A stretch of DNA of 64,000 bases from an uncultured Dehalococcoidia bacterium (GTDB taxonomy: Bacteria; Chloroflexota; Dehalococcoidia; Lucifugimonadales; UBA826), in NCBI GenBank assembly GCA_964500645.1, contig CAZCOH010000005.1, positions 5,297 to 69,296 of the forward strand, given 5' to 3'. Under the pieces are notes generated by a model, which was given only the letters and a program-made list of their open reading frames with translations, searched no databases and was not told the origin of the DNA. A program made the position numbers and the translations under genes. Shown here piece by piece: positions 46,170-56,305 of the stretch. The first letter of the stretch is position 1; every line of letters begins with the position of its first letter.

Positions 46170-48974
46170 TTGAACGAATATAGTAAACCACTTCACAAGC
46201 AAAAATTTGCAGTTGTCGACCTAGAGACGACAGGACTCAGTGCTGAAACGGACCGAATTATCGAAGTCGGAATACAGGTCTTTACCCTAGAGGGACCGGA
46301 AGAAAGCTTTTCCACACTAGTTAATCCTAAAAAGAAACTTTCAAAGTTTGTCACCAAGCTTACAGGTATAGAACAAGCCGATGTTGAAGTCGCTCCAATG
46401 TTTTCCGAAATCCAAAGCGACATTGATAAATTTATCAGCAATAAGGTTGTCATCGGCCACAATATTGATTTCGACCTTAATTTCTTAGCCAAACAAGGGC
46501 TATCGTGGAATCAACCAAAAATCGATACCTTAAGCTTGGCATATTGTCTTGATTATGACAGCCCAGATTACAAATTAGAGACTCTAATGCGTAGGCATGG
46601 AATTGCTCAAGAGCAAAACCATAGAGCTTTAGATGACTGTATAGGCACCATGAAACTGTTTCAAATACTTATAGAGAAAATGACTGATTTAGAGCCTGTG
46701 ACATTGAGTAGGCTTTATACCATTTCTCAAAAGGCTGGATGGGATTTTGCATTTATCCTGGGTGAATTAAATAAAACAGGCAACCTTTTCGCAGAGCCAG
46801 AACGCGCCCTTAAAAAAAACTCCATACATCAGAAGACTCTCAACTCAACTTCCCTTGTGAAGAAAGAAAGTGAGATAAAAGAGCCTGATTCCGTTGTTGC
46901 ATTAAATCAAATATTTGGACCATCTGGTCGACTATCGGAGACAATCGATGGTTTCGAAGACAGACCTGATCAACTATCCATGGCTCTTCAAATATCAAAC
47001 GCTATGGATACTAATGAATGTATGTTCATAGAGGCCGGAACCGGGACGGGAAAATCACTTGCTTATCTAGTACCTGCTCTACTTTCGGCAAGTCAAAAAG
47101 AGATGACAACAATAATCTCTACAAATACTTTGAACCTACAGGAACAACTATTAGATAATGATCTACCTGTCGCCTTAAAATGTATGGAGACTCAATCTGA
47201 GTCTTTGATGGACTCCTCAAAAGTTACTGTCCTTAAAGGCCGTTCCAATTACCTTTGTAAAAGGAGACTTGAAAACTATTTGGATCGTCCTACTCTTACT
47301 TTTGAAGAATCCATGTTGCTCGGAAAACTCTTGGTTTGGAGTGAATACACTAAGACTGGCGATAAATCTGAAATAAGCATTACGCGATCAAATCACAATG
47401 GGATGTGGAGAAAGCTTTCCGCAGAGGGGGCTGGAAATTGCGAATTCAATGATCAATGTTTTCTTAAAACCGCACGAGATAGGGCAGCTTCAGCAAAAGT
47501 TGTTATCACAAATCACTCTCTGCTTTTCGCCAATATAGCATCAGGTAGATCAATACTACCAGTCTACGACCACCTCATCATCGACGAGGCACATCATTTA
47601 GAAGAACAGGCCACCAACTCTTTTGGTTACGAAATCAAATTGTCGAGTATCAGCGAAACTTTTGAAGAACTCAGCAATTCTAACGGAATAATTCTAACGA
47701 ACTTAAAACTTCTGAAAGGTTTCATAGACAACCAAGATATGATGTCTGTTATAGCGTCAATAGAATCCGAATTAAAATCTGTATCCGTAAGAGGTACGGA
47801 CACCTTAAAAACCCTTCATTACCTCTTGAGTAACGTGATTGATTCGCCGAACCGCTTTCCCCAGGTGCAAGAGAAGGTCGTCGACAACTTGAGAACAAGT
47901 CCTGACTGGGAACAACTTGAATTAACTACAGAGAACCTTCATGTACATCTTCAGCAGTTGATCCGTTTCGGCAACAAACTTATTTCTATCACAGAGCCGT
48001 ATTTTGACCACGCCTTAATACGTAATATGAGGTTAGATATTGAGGGTTGGCGTGACGAAATCACGTATTTGAATGAAAAATTATACGAATCTATTTTTGA
48101 ACCTCAAAACAACGCAGTTTATTGGATTCAGTATCTTCAAAACGGAAATAACGTTTCGATTAAAATGGCTCCTTTGGATGTTTCAACCACTGTGAAAGAT
48201 CATTTTTTTGACGATGATTCGAGCGTCATAATGACGAGTGCCACATTACAGACATCAGGGAACTTTGAATACATTCAAAAAAGACTAGGCGGTGAAGAAG
48301 TCCACAGCGAGGTAATCGAATCCCCTTTCGATTATCTACATTCCACGATTTGCATAGAAGTGGAGGATACCGGGGATCCTCGAGCACCCGATTATCTGGA
48401 AAATGTAAGCATAGCAATTGCAGATGCCGCCATTGCAGCCGGGGGAAGGACCCTTGGGTTATTCACTTCACATTCTGCTTTACAAGCAGCACACAGAAAA
48501 ATCTCTAATCTTTTAGACGGTAGTGGCATAACCGTTCTGTCCCAAGGGGTTTCCGGTTCACCCAAAGCTCTATTGGATAGACTGAAAATTGACCATCGCT
48601 CTGTGATTCTTGGAACCTCAAGTATGTGGGAGGGAGTCGATGTGAGAGGAGATGCCCTACAAGTGGTTGCTATCACGAGACTCCCATTTGGAGTACCATC
48701 CGATCCCGTATTTAAGGCCCGATCCGAACAATACGAAAATCCATTTATGCAGTATGCTCTTCCCGATGCTATCCTCCGATTTAGGCAGGGATTCGGACGA
48801 CTAATCAGATCACACTCTGATCGCGGGGTATTTATGATATTAGATTCCCGTACTTCCAAAACCCGTTACGGTTCGGAGTTTCTAAAAGCGTTACCAGAAA
48901 TGGACAAAAAACGTGTCGGGAAAGGTGAAATTCGTGCGCTTGTATCAGGGTGGTTGAAAACTAAAACAACATGA
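46170..48974 (+). CDS. dinG: DnaQ-like 3'-5' exonuclease fused to a DinG-family ATP-dependent helicase
   Basis: 934-aa ORF. N-terminal ExoI-III motifs are VVDLETTGL, GHNIDFDLNFL and HRALDDC. Helicase motifs are EAGTGTGKSLAYL and DEAHHL, and the C-terminal helicase domain has SMWEGVD. Confidence 0.88.
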   Translation: MNEYSKPLHKQKFAVVDLETTGLSAETDRIIEVGIQVFTLEGPEESFSTLVNPKKKLSKFVTKLTGIEQADVEVAPMFSEIQSDIDKFISNKVVIGHNIDFDLNFLAKQGLSWNQPKIDTLSLAYCLDYDSPDYKLETLMRRHGIAQEQNHRALDDCIGTMKLFQILIEKMTDLEPVTLSRLYTISQKAGWDFAFILGELNKTGNLFAEPERALKKNSIHQKTLNSTSLVKKESEIKEPDSVVALNQIFGPSGRLSETIDGFEDRPDQLSMALQISNAMDTNECMFIEAGTGTGKSLAYLVPALLSASQKEMTTIISTNTLNLQEQLLDNDLPVALKCMETQSESLMDSSKVTVLKGRSNYLCKRRLENYLDRPTLTFEESMLLGKLLVWSEYTKTGDKSEISITRSNHNGMWRKLSAEGAGNCEFNDQCFLKTARDRAASAKVVITNHSLLFANIASGRSILPVYDHLIIDEAHHLEEQATNSFGYEIKLSSISETFEELSNSNGIILTNLKLLKGFIDNQDMMSVIASIESELKSVSVRGTDTLKTLHYLLSNVIDSPNRFPQVQEKVVDNLRTSPDWEQLELTTENLHVHLQQLIRFGNKLISITEPYFDHALIRNMRLDIEGWRDEITYLNEKLYESIFEPQNNAVYWIQYLQNGNNVSIKMAPLDVSTTVKDHFFDDDSSVIMTSATLQTSGNFEYIQKRLGGEEVHSEVIESPFDYLHSTICIEVEDTGDPRAPDYLENVSIAIADAAIAAGGRTLGLFTSHSALQAAHRKISNLLDGSGITVLSQGVSGSPKALLDRLKIDHRSVILGTSSMWEGVDVRGDALQVVAITRLPFGVPSDPVFKARSEQYENPFMQYALPDAILRFRQGFGRLIRSHSDRGVFMILDSRTSKTRYGSEFLKALPEMDKKRVGKGEIRALVSGWLKTKTT

Positions 48975-49834
48975 ACTTAAAGTCACCACATCAATACGAT
49001 CTGATTGAGACTCTTTATAGCGGGCAAGCTTTCAGATGGTTTCCATTAAATCAAGCAGAAGATGATATGAGCGCCTGGCATGAGGCAATCATAGGGGACC
49101 AACGGATAAGGCTGAGACAAATCAAAGATGAAATACAGGTAGAGGAACATGGGGCTTCCACACCGAATTTTGACCTGATAAGTAAATATCTACGTCTAGA
49201 AGATAATTTGTCAGAAATATACTCAGACCTTTGCACTGACAAATATTTACAAAAAGCAATCACTCAATACCAAGGCTTAAGAATCTTAAGGCAAGAACCT
49301 TGGGAATGTCTGATCACTTTTATATGCTCAGCCAACAACAACATACCTAGAATTCGCACCATAGTGAAAAGGCTATGCGAAAATCTTGGAACCGAGAAAG
49401 CAGATGAATCAGGCTCATATCATTGCTTCCCTACCAGCCTCCAGATAAATGAAGTAGGAGAGGAGGGGCTGAGAAAACTCGGCTTGGGCTTTCGTGCAAA
49501 ATACGTTTCAGCGGCTTCCAGATTAGATCTTGAGGGTGCAATCAACGTAAATGAACTTAGAGGTCAAAAATACGAATTTATCTTAGCTGAACTTTTGAAA
49601 ATACCTGGGGTTGGTGACAAAGTTGCAAACTGTGTGATGTTGTTTTCCCTAGACCAACTTAACGCGTTCCCCGTCGATGTATGGGTAAAGAGGGTTCTTA
49701 GGGAAAACTATTTTGAAGACCTAGAATCCATACCGGATACCAAGTTGAGAGAATGGGCTCAAAGTTACTTTGGCAGGTACTCCGGCTATGCTAATCAATA
49801 TTTATTTCATAACAGAAGGTTGGCGGACAACTAA
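48971..49834 (+). CDS. ogg: 8-oxoguanine DNA glycosylase/AP lyase (OGG1-type HhH-GPD)
   Basis: 287-aa ORF with the N-terminal SGQAFRW. The HhH-GPD region is IPGVGDKVANCVMLFSL...FPVDVWV. Its ATG overlaps the dinG stop (ATGA). Confidence 0.8.
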   Translation: MNLKSPHQYDLIETLYSGQAFRWFPLNQAEDDMSAWHEAIIGDQRIRLRQIKDEIQVEEHGASTPNFDLISKYLRLEDNLSEIYSDLCTDKYLQKAITQYQGLRILRQEPWECLITFICSANNNIPRIRTIVKRLCENLGTEKADESGSYHCFPTSLQINEVGEEGLRKLGLGFRAKYVSAASRLDLEGAINVNELRGQKYEFILAELLKIPGVGDKVANCVMLFSLDQLNAFPVDVWVKRVLRENYFEDLESIPDTKLREWAQSYFGRYSGYANQYLFHNRRLADN

Positions 49835-49843
49835 ATTAAAAGT

Positions 49844-50989
49844 TTATATGTTTTCGTTTGAGGTATCCTTAGCCGGATCGGACAAAATTTCTCCAAAGTC
49901 ATTTGCTGGTTCAGGCAAAATTAATTTCCGGACTGGGTAATTAATTTCAATTCCCTCGCGATTAAACCTATCGTGTATACGTTTAATTAATTCGCTTCTC
50001 AGTCCGAAAGTTCCTGCTCGATCAATCGCCTGTAAAAAAACATAAAAATCGACATTGGAGTCGCCAAAATTGGAAAATCCAAAGGCTGGCTCCATCCCTT
50101 TTATGGCTTTTTCGGATTGTTCAATTACTGTCCGAGCCTCTTCTAAGGCGTATTTCTCGACATCCACCAAGTTGGATTCATATGCCACACCTCCTGTCAC
50201 TATTACATTCATTGCAGGGGTTGGACTAAAGTAATTAGTCACAATACTTTCCGCCATCCTAGAATTTGGAATAATAACTAAGTTATTGAAACGACTTCTT
50301 ATTTTGGTGCTTCTCCACCCGACTTCTTCAACATATCCAGAAGGTCCCCCTTCAAGTTCAATAAAATCTCCTTCTTTCAATTCTCCTTCTGTAACAACAT
50401 ACGTACCGGCGAAGAAATTACTTAAAGTAGGTTGAACAGCTAAAGCGACTGCTAAACCTCCAATTCCCAACCCGGCCAATATAGGACTAATCGATATTCC
50501 TATGCTGTCTATGGCAACGAGTGCTCCAGCGGCGTATATCGTGATGGGTAGAACTCTTCTAAGAGTTGGTAATAATGTGTCATCAATCTTTGTTTCTGTC
50601 TTCGCAGCTATGTTGAGCAAATACCAATCTATCAGGCCGTCAATAGTTTTAGCGATCGCGAACGTCGTGATCAAAATCGACATTACTTTCCAAATTTTTA
50701 TGGATAGATCTCGGGTATCCGAAAACCCATTAGGTAGTGCATCCTCTATACCTAACACGAGCAAATAAACACTCAAAAGTCCGCTTATTAGTAAGATAGC
50801 AGTGATAGGAGTTTTTACACTCTCTAAAATAATTGAAGTTACAGAGGAAGCAACCTGGTTTTTAAGTCTCCTAAGGATCACGCTAATTATGATCCGTACA
50901 ATCAATGCAGCTACGACAAAACCTATAAATACAGAGAAGGCCGCTATCAATCGGAGCAAAACTGAGTCAGTCAGACCTTCTTCAAACAT
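49844..50989 (-). CDS. mechanosensitive ion channel (MscS family)
   Basis: 381-aa ORF with N-terminal TM helices. The MscS core is FFAGTYVVTEGELKEGDFIEL...GYVEEVGWRSTKIR...IIPNS. Confidence 0.85.
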   Translation of the reverse strand: MFEEGLTDSVLLRLIAAFSVFIGFVVAALIVRIIISVILRRLKNQVASSVTSIILESVKTPITAILLISGLLSVYLLVLGIEDALPNGFSDTRDLSIKIWKVMSILITTFAIAKTIDGLIDWYLLNIAAKTETKIDDTLLPTLRRVLPITIYAAGALVAIDSIGISISPILAGLGIGGLAVALAVQPTLSNFFAGTYVVTEGELKEGDFIELEGGPSGYVEEVGWRSTKIRSRFNNLVIIPNSRMAESIVTNYFSPTPAMNVIVTGGVAYESNLVDVEKYALEEARTVIEQSEKAIKGMEPAFGFSNFGDSNVDFYVFLQAIDRAGTFGLRSELIKRIHDRFNREGIEINYPVRKLILPEPANDFGEILSDPAKDTSNENI

Positions 50990-51282
50990 TTACTAATCCT
51001 CCAATAACATCGGACACGTGAATTTGCTTGGGTATATTGAATCATAAGTCCCACCCATTAATTAGCAACAGTGGGTGAATTTTAATGCATTCTGACCCTC
51101 GTTCAGCCTTACTTCAGATGCATTTTATTCGTATTTAAGCCAACAAAAAAGAGATAACTCCTGTTTTTCCTAATAAGGATAACCTGAGTTGTCATTGACC
51201 GAAAATTCACACCGTTCTTATAATTGTGACTGGGTTTTAGATTTTATGAATCTGAAAAGTAGCCTTAAACTGGATCACATAT

Positions 51283-52362
51283 ATGCAATCAAATTTTCAA
51301 CAAAATCTCCTCAAAATTGAATCCGATACAAAATCATTGATCACAGGTCTGGATAATGAAAGTGCCTTGGAAGATCTACGGATTTCCGTTTTAGGTAGAC
51401 GAGGAAGTCTGACCCTTCTTCTCAGAAGCATATCTGAACTGCCAGGAAACGAACGTCAATCTGCCGGTGCTTCTGCCAATATTTTAAAGGCAGAACTGAC
51501 TTCAGTCTTTGATGAAAAACTTAAGGAAATTGTCTTATCATCCCAGTCGGATTCCCATATCGGCAAAACCTTTTTCGATGTTAGCTTGCCTGGTCGGGCT
51601 ATTTCATCCGGGAGTCTTCATCCAACTACACAGATAGTCAGAGACATATGTGAGGCGTTTTCGACAATGGGTTTTCAAGTGTTGGAAGGCCCTGAAGTCG
51701 AATTGGATGAATACAATTTTCAGAAGCTTAATATACCTGACCACCACCCAGCCCGTGATATGTGGAACAGTCTGTGGATAGAAGGTGCTGCCACAGAAAG
51801 TATTTCACGTCTACTACTTCGTACACATACATCTCCAATGCAGATCAGAGTGATGGAAGCCACCCAACCACCAATTAGAGTTTTAGTCCCAGGTAAAGCT
51901 TATAGATACGAGGCAACAGATGCCACACATGAGTGGCAATTCTGTCAAATTGAAGGATTAGCTATAGACAAGAATATAACTTTTGCCAATCTTAAAGCCA
52001 CCCTTGAGGATTTTGCCCGCCAAATTTTCGGCTCCCGACGTAAATCCCGTTTTCGTTGCGATTTCTTCCCTTTCGTTGAGCCTGGAGCCGAAATGTCAAT
52101 CGATTGTTTTAAATGTGACGGAGCCGGATGTAAGGTTTGTAGTAATACCGGCTGGATCGAAATTATGGGAGCCGGCATGGTTCATCCCGAAGTTCTGAGA
52201 GGTGTCGGCTATGATCCGGACGTCTATTCAGGATTTGCATTTGGAATGGGAGCAGAACGTATTTCAATGCTTAAACATGGTATAGACGACATACGTCATT
52301 TTTACAGCAACGACATCCGTTTCCTAGAGCAATTTTCCTCAACCAGAACTGGACGGTCCTGA
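51283..52362 (+). CDS. pheS: phenylalanine--tRNA ligase alpha subunit
   Basis: 359-aa ORF with HPTTQ, HPARDMW, LRTHTSPMQIR, GKAYR and FPFVEPGAEM (class II motifs). Confidence 0.95.
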   Translation: MQSNFQQNLLKIESDTKSLITGLDNESALEDLRISVLGRRGSLTLLLRSISELPGNERQSAGASANILKAELTSVFDEKLKEIVLSSQSDSHIGKTFFDVSLPGRAISSGSLHPTTQIVRDICEAFSTMGFQVLEGPEVELDEYNFQKLNIPDHHPARDMWNSLWIEGAATESISRLLLRTHTSPMQIRVMEATQPPIRVLVPGKAYRYEATDATHEWQFCQIEGLAIDKNITFANLKATLEDFARQIFGSRRKSRFRCDFFPFVEPGAEMSIDCFKCDGAGCKVCSNTGWIEIMGAGMVHPEVLRGVGYDPDVYSGFAFGMGAERISMLKHGIDDIRHFYSNDIRFLEQFSSTRTGRS

Positions 52363-52364
52363 AA

Positions 52365-54863
52365 ATGAAGTTACCCGTTTCCTGGCTACGAGAATATGTA
52401 AAAATGGATCTAGGGGTTGAAGAAATATCTCGCCGATTGACTATGGCAGGATTAGAGGTAGGTAAGATTCACGTTATAGGCGCAAATTGGGACAGCCGAT
52501 TGATTCGTACTGCAAAGATTGTAACCATAGACCCTCATCCCAATGCCGACAGGCTACAACTACCCACTCTTGACATAGGGGAAGATGAGTACGTCACTGT
52601 TGTATGCGGTGCACCCAATATCCATGTTGGGCAAATAGTAGCTTTTGCCCAAGAGGGTTCAAAACTTCTTAATTCTAAAACAGGGGTTGTCCAGGAATTA
52701 AAGGGAGCAAACATACGAGGAATTGAGTCTAGAGGTATGGTCTGTTCCGCTTTGGAATTGGGGCTAAGTGAAGATCACGAAGGTATTCTGGAGTTGCCAA
52801 ACCATATAGCTCCCGGCACTCCCCTCGTGGAAGTTTTGGGCGATACTATTCTTGAGACTGAATTAACGCCAAACAGACCAGATTGCCTTTCAGTGTTAGG
52901 TACCTCCTATGAGATAGCTGCTTTAACCTCTCAAACGGTCACTCTCCCAAATATTGCATACGAGACGAACTCTAATGGGATCTATAATAATATTTCTGTC
53001 GAAATCATTGATTCAAAGGCCTGCAACCGTTATACGGGAGCGCTGATTCGTGATGTCCTCATAGGTGATTCTCCTGATTGGCTGAAAAACCGATTGGAAT
53101 TATCGGGTGTCAGATCCATAAATAATGTGGTTGATATTACTAACTATGTAATGCTTGAATATGGCCAACCTTTACACGCTTTTGACGCTAATAAATTAGA
53201 AGGCAACGAGATTAATATACGTTTCGCTAATCAAGGCGAGACACTTGTGACTCTAGATGGGGTAACTCGGAATCTAGAAAATAACATGCTTGTCATCGCA
53301 GATAAGTATCAGCCCATAGGACTCGCCGGGATAATGGGTGGCGCGAACACAGAGGTGGACGACAAAACAAAAGATATCTTTTTAGAAGCTGCAAACTTCA
53401 GTGGAGCATTCATTCGATCTACTAGAACTAGGATCGGCCTAGACACCGAAGCTTCTTATCGTTTCGAAAGGGAACTAAGACCGGAACTTGCGCCCATAGC
53501 AATCAAAAGAGCTATAGCCCTATTTGTTGATTTATGCGGAGGCAAAACAGGTGATGAAATTATTGATGCCTATCCTGTACAAGTGGAGACCAAACCTCTA
53601 AAACTGACTGCAAAAAGACTAAATAAGATTCTAGGTACTACCTTTACATTGGCTGCTGTGTGGCCATATTTAGAATCTCTGGGATTCGCGAAAAATGAGA
53701 TGTCAATGTCAGTCGTCGACCTAGTAGAGACATTAGAGGCCGGCAGACCCGAAGGAAGCACCGAATCTATTGAAGTTGTCACGCCATATTGGAGATCAGA
53801 TATAAACATAGAAGATGATCTTATAGAGGAATTCGCTCGGATATACGGGTACGATAACCTTCCCGTAGAAAAGTTGTCATCAGCAGTCCCTGACAAAATA
53901 CAGGACCCATTTTCAAAGATAAGGACAAGCCTGAGAGATTCCCTTTCAGAGGCCGGACTTTCCGAAATTGTTTCTTATGCTGTGTCTAGCCTAGAATCAT
54001 TAACTCTGACCAGTGAACTTGGAGAAGACCTAAAGGCACTAAAACTAGCTAATCCAATGGATTCAACAAAAGCCTGGCTTAGAACAGGCCTTGAAGCCAA
54101 CCTTCTTGAGACCCTGGAAAGAAATATAAGGCACAACCCTAATAGGGCCTTCAAATTGTTCGAACTCGGCCACATATTTAATAGTAAAAATGAAACCCAA
54201 AAGGAAATTCTTCCAAATGAAACCGAACAAGTGTGTGGAATCATTCAAGGTCCTAGAGATTTAGATAATATTTGGAATAACACATACGATGCATTAGATT
54301 TCTACGATTTGAAAGGGATGGTAGATTACGCACTTAACCGTTTAAATGTCCAGGCATCTTATTCTCCATCTAATCATCGGATATTCAAGAAAGGCCATGC
54401 AGCAAGTATTTCCATAGATGGTAATGAAATTGGGCATATAGGTCATGTCGATCAAAATATATTAGATAAATTTGGAATCAACAATCGAGACGTTTTTCTT
54501 TTCACTCTGGACATAAATAGCATTTCTAGGTCAGAACAGGAAGATATATCAACATTTCAGGAGTTGAGTCGTTTTCCCTCTTCTACTCGAGATATCGCAC
54601 TACTATGCCCTGAACAGACCCCCTCCAGTCAGATAGAAAAAATTATACAGGCACATAAACTTGTTGTTGATGTCTTTCCGTCCGACCAATTCGTAGGTGA
54701 AGAGATAGAAACGGGGTGGAAATCGATAACATACAGAATAATTTTCCAATCAATGGCTAAAACCCTGGAAACAGGTGAATTGGAAAAAGCATTAAAGCAG
54801 ATTTTTAAAAGCCTATCAAACCAACTTGATGTCAGAGAACGTTTCTCTGATCAACAAAATTAA
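52365..54863 (+). CDS. pheT: phenylalanine--tRNA ligase beta subunit
   Basis: 832-aa ORF starting MKLPVSWLREYV. It has the tRNA-binding domain, B3/4, B5 and a C-terminal FDX-ACB-like domain. It starts 2 nt after the pheS stop. Confidence 0.95.
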   Translation: MKLPVSWLREYVKMDLGVEEISRRLTMAGLEVGKIHVIGANWDSRLIRTAKIVTIDPHPNADRLQLPTLDIGEDEYVTVVCGAPNIHVGQIVAFAQEGSKLLNSKTGVVQELKGANIRGIESRGMVCSALELGLSEDHEGILELPNHIAPGTPLVEVLGDTILETELTPNRPDCLSVLGTSYEIAALTSQTVTLPNIAYETNSNGIYNNISVEIIDSKACNRYTGALIRDVLIGDSPDWLKNRLELSGVRSINNVVDITNYVMLEYGQPLHAFDANKLEGNEINIRFANQGETLVTLDGVTRNLENNMLVIADKYQPIGLAGIMGGANTEVDDKTKDIFLEAANFSGAFIRSTRTRIGLDTEASYRFERELRPELAPIAIKRAIALFVDLCGGKTGDEIIDAYPVQVETKPLKLTAKRLNKILGTTFTLAAVWPYLESLGFAKNEMSMSVVDLVETLEAGRPEGSTESIEVVTPYWRSDINIEDDLIEEFARIYGYDNLPVEKLSSAVPDKIQDPFSKIRTSLRDSLSEAGLSEIVSYAVSSLESLTLTSELGEDLKALKLANPMDSTKAWLRTGLEANLLETLERNIRHNPNRAFKLFELGHIFNSKNETQKEILPNETEQVCGIIQGPRDLDNIWNNTYDALDFYDLKGMVDYALNRLNVQASYSPSNHRIFKKGHAASISIDGNEIGHIGHVDQNILDKFGINNRDVFLFTLDINSISRSEQEDISTFQELSRFPSSTRDIALLCPEQTPSSQIEKIIQAHKLVVDVFPSDQFVGEEIETGWKSITYRIIFQSMAKTLETGELEKALKQIFKSLSNQLDVRERFSDQQN

Positions 54864-54885
54864 TATTATTAAACGGATAAAGTAA

Positions 54886-56181
54886 ATGGACGAACACGTA
54901 CACAGACACCATGAAGAAGATATGTTGTCTGTTGAAGACGCAAGGGAGAAAATTTTAGGCACAGTATGTAAAACTGAAGTAGTAACCATACCAGTCACAG
55001 ACTCACTCGGCCTTGTGCTAAGCGACAACGTTGCATCATCAATTAATATTCCTCCATATGACAATAGCGCAATGGACGGGTACGCCATAAGAGCAGAAGA
55101 CGTAACAAAAGCCACCTCCGACAATCCAATCGTCTTAAATGTGATCGAAACCATCGCCGCTGGCCAGCTCCCTCAGAAAGATATAAAGGAGTCAACAGCA
55201 GCCAGGATCATGACTGGTGCCCCTATTCCAAATGGTTCAAATGCAGTCGTCCCTTTTGAGGATACAACTGAATCAGAAACATTCTTTAAAGGTGGTACAG
55301 CTCAGATAGGAATATGTGTCGCCGTTCGAGAAAATTCAGACATAAGAAGGGCCGGGGGAGATGTTAGTCTAGGTCAAAAAGTCTTGACGCAAGGAACCAC
55401 AATCTCTTCATCCGTAATCGCAGTCCTTTCCTCTTTAGGCCAAGACAAAGTATCTGTCTACAGAAGTCCGGTGATCTCTATAATTTCGACTGGCGACGAA
55501 CTCCTGGAACCTGGAAACAAACCAGAACCTGGAAAAATATTTGATAGTAATACCAATGGTCTTATCGCAGCCGTTTTAGAGGCTGGTGGTGTTCCGAAAA
55601 CTTATGGAATCGTGAAAGATAACCTCGACGACCTGGATAGAGTCCTGGAGGACGCCGCTCAATCTGACCTTGTAATAACATCAGCTGGGGTGTCTAAAGG
55701 TGACTATGATGTGGTCAAAACTGCACTCTCAAATAGAGGTGTCTTGAACTTTTGGTCAATCAGAATGAGGCCCGCAAAGCCTCTAGCTTTTGGAACTCTT
55801 CGTCGAAGCGATTCCAACAAAACTACACCCTTAGTCGGGCTTCCCGGAAATCCGGTCAGCAGCCTCGTCGCATTTGAACAATTCTGTCGACCGGCGATCA
55901 GAAAAATGCTTGGTAAAAAGTTTTCAAATCGGCCGATTATAAAAGCGTGCTTGACCGACACAATACGAAATTATGATGGCCGCCGCGTTTACGCTAGAGT
56001 AACAGTTAAGAGAAATGAGAAAGGGTATTTAGCGACAACAACTGGCTCTCAAGAATCCAATGTGTTGACTTCCATGGCCTTGGCGGACGGATTGGCTATA
56101 TGCCCAGAGAATGAGGAACAGCGGAATCCAGGAGATATAGTGGAGGTTGTTATGACTTCATGGCCTGAAGAATTTATATAA
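54886..56181 (+). CDS. moeA: molybdopterin molybdenumtransferase
   Basis: 431-aa ORF with SVEDAREKIL, PPYDNSAMDGYA, IMTGAP, STGDEL and LPGNPVS. The internal ATG at 54922 is an alternative start. Confidence 0.9.
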   Translation: MDEHVHRHHEEDMLSVEDAREKILGTVCKTEVVTIPVTDSLGLVLSDNVASSINIPPYDNSAMDGYAIRAEDVTKATSDNPIVLNVIETIAAGQLPQKDIKESTAARIMTGAPIPNGSNAVVPFEDTTESETFFKGGTAQIGICVAVRENSDIRRAGGDVSLGQKVLTQGTTISSSVIAVLSSLGQDKVSVYRSPVISIISTGDELLEPGNKPEPGKIFDSNTNGLIAAVLEAGGVPKTYGIVKDNLDDLDRVLEDAAQSDLVITSAGVSKGDYDVVKTALSNRGVLNFWSIRMRPAKPLAFGTLRRSDSNKTTPLVGLPGNPVSSLVAFEQFCRPAIRKMLGKKFSNRPIIKACLTDTIRNYDGRRVYARVTVKRNEKGYLATTTGSQESNVLTSMALADGLAICPENEEQRNPGDIVEVVMTSWPEEFI

Positions 56182-56305
56182 ATCATCCTTCGTTTTACAC
56201 TTCAAACTTCATGTGGCGAAAACCAATAATTTTCCAAAGTCTGATTTAATTTGATAATGCAGTTTATAATGATCGACGATTCGAAATGTATTAAGGAGAC
56301 AGAGT

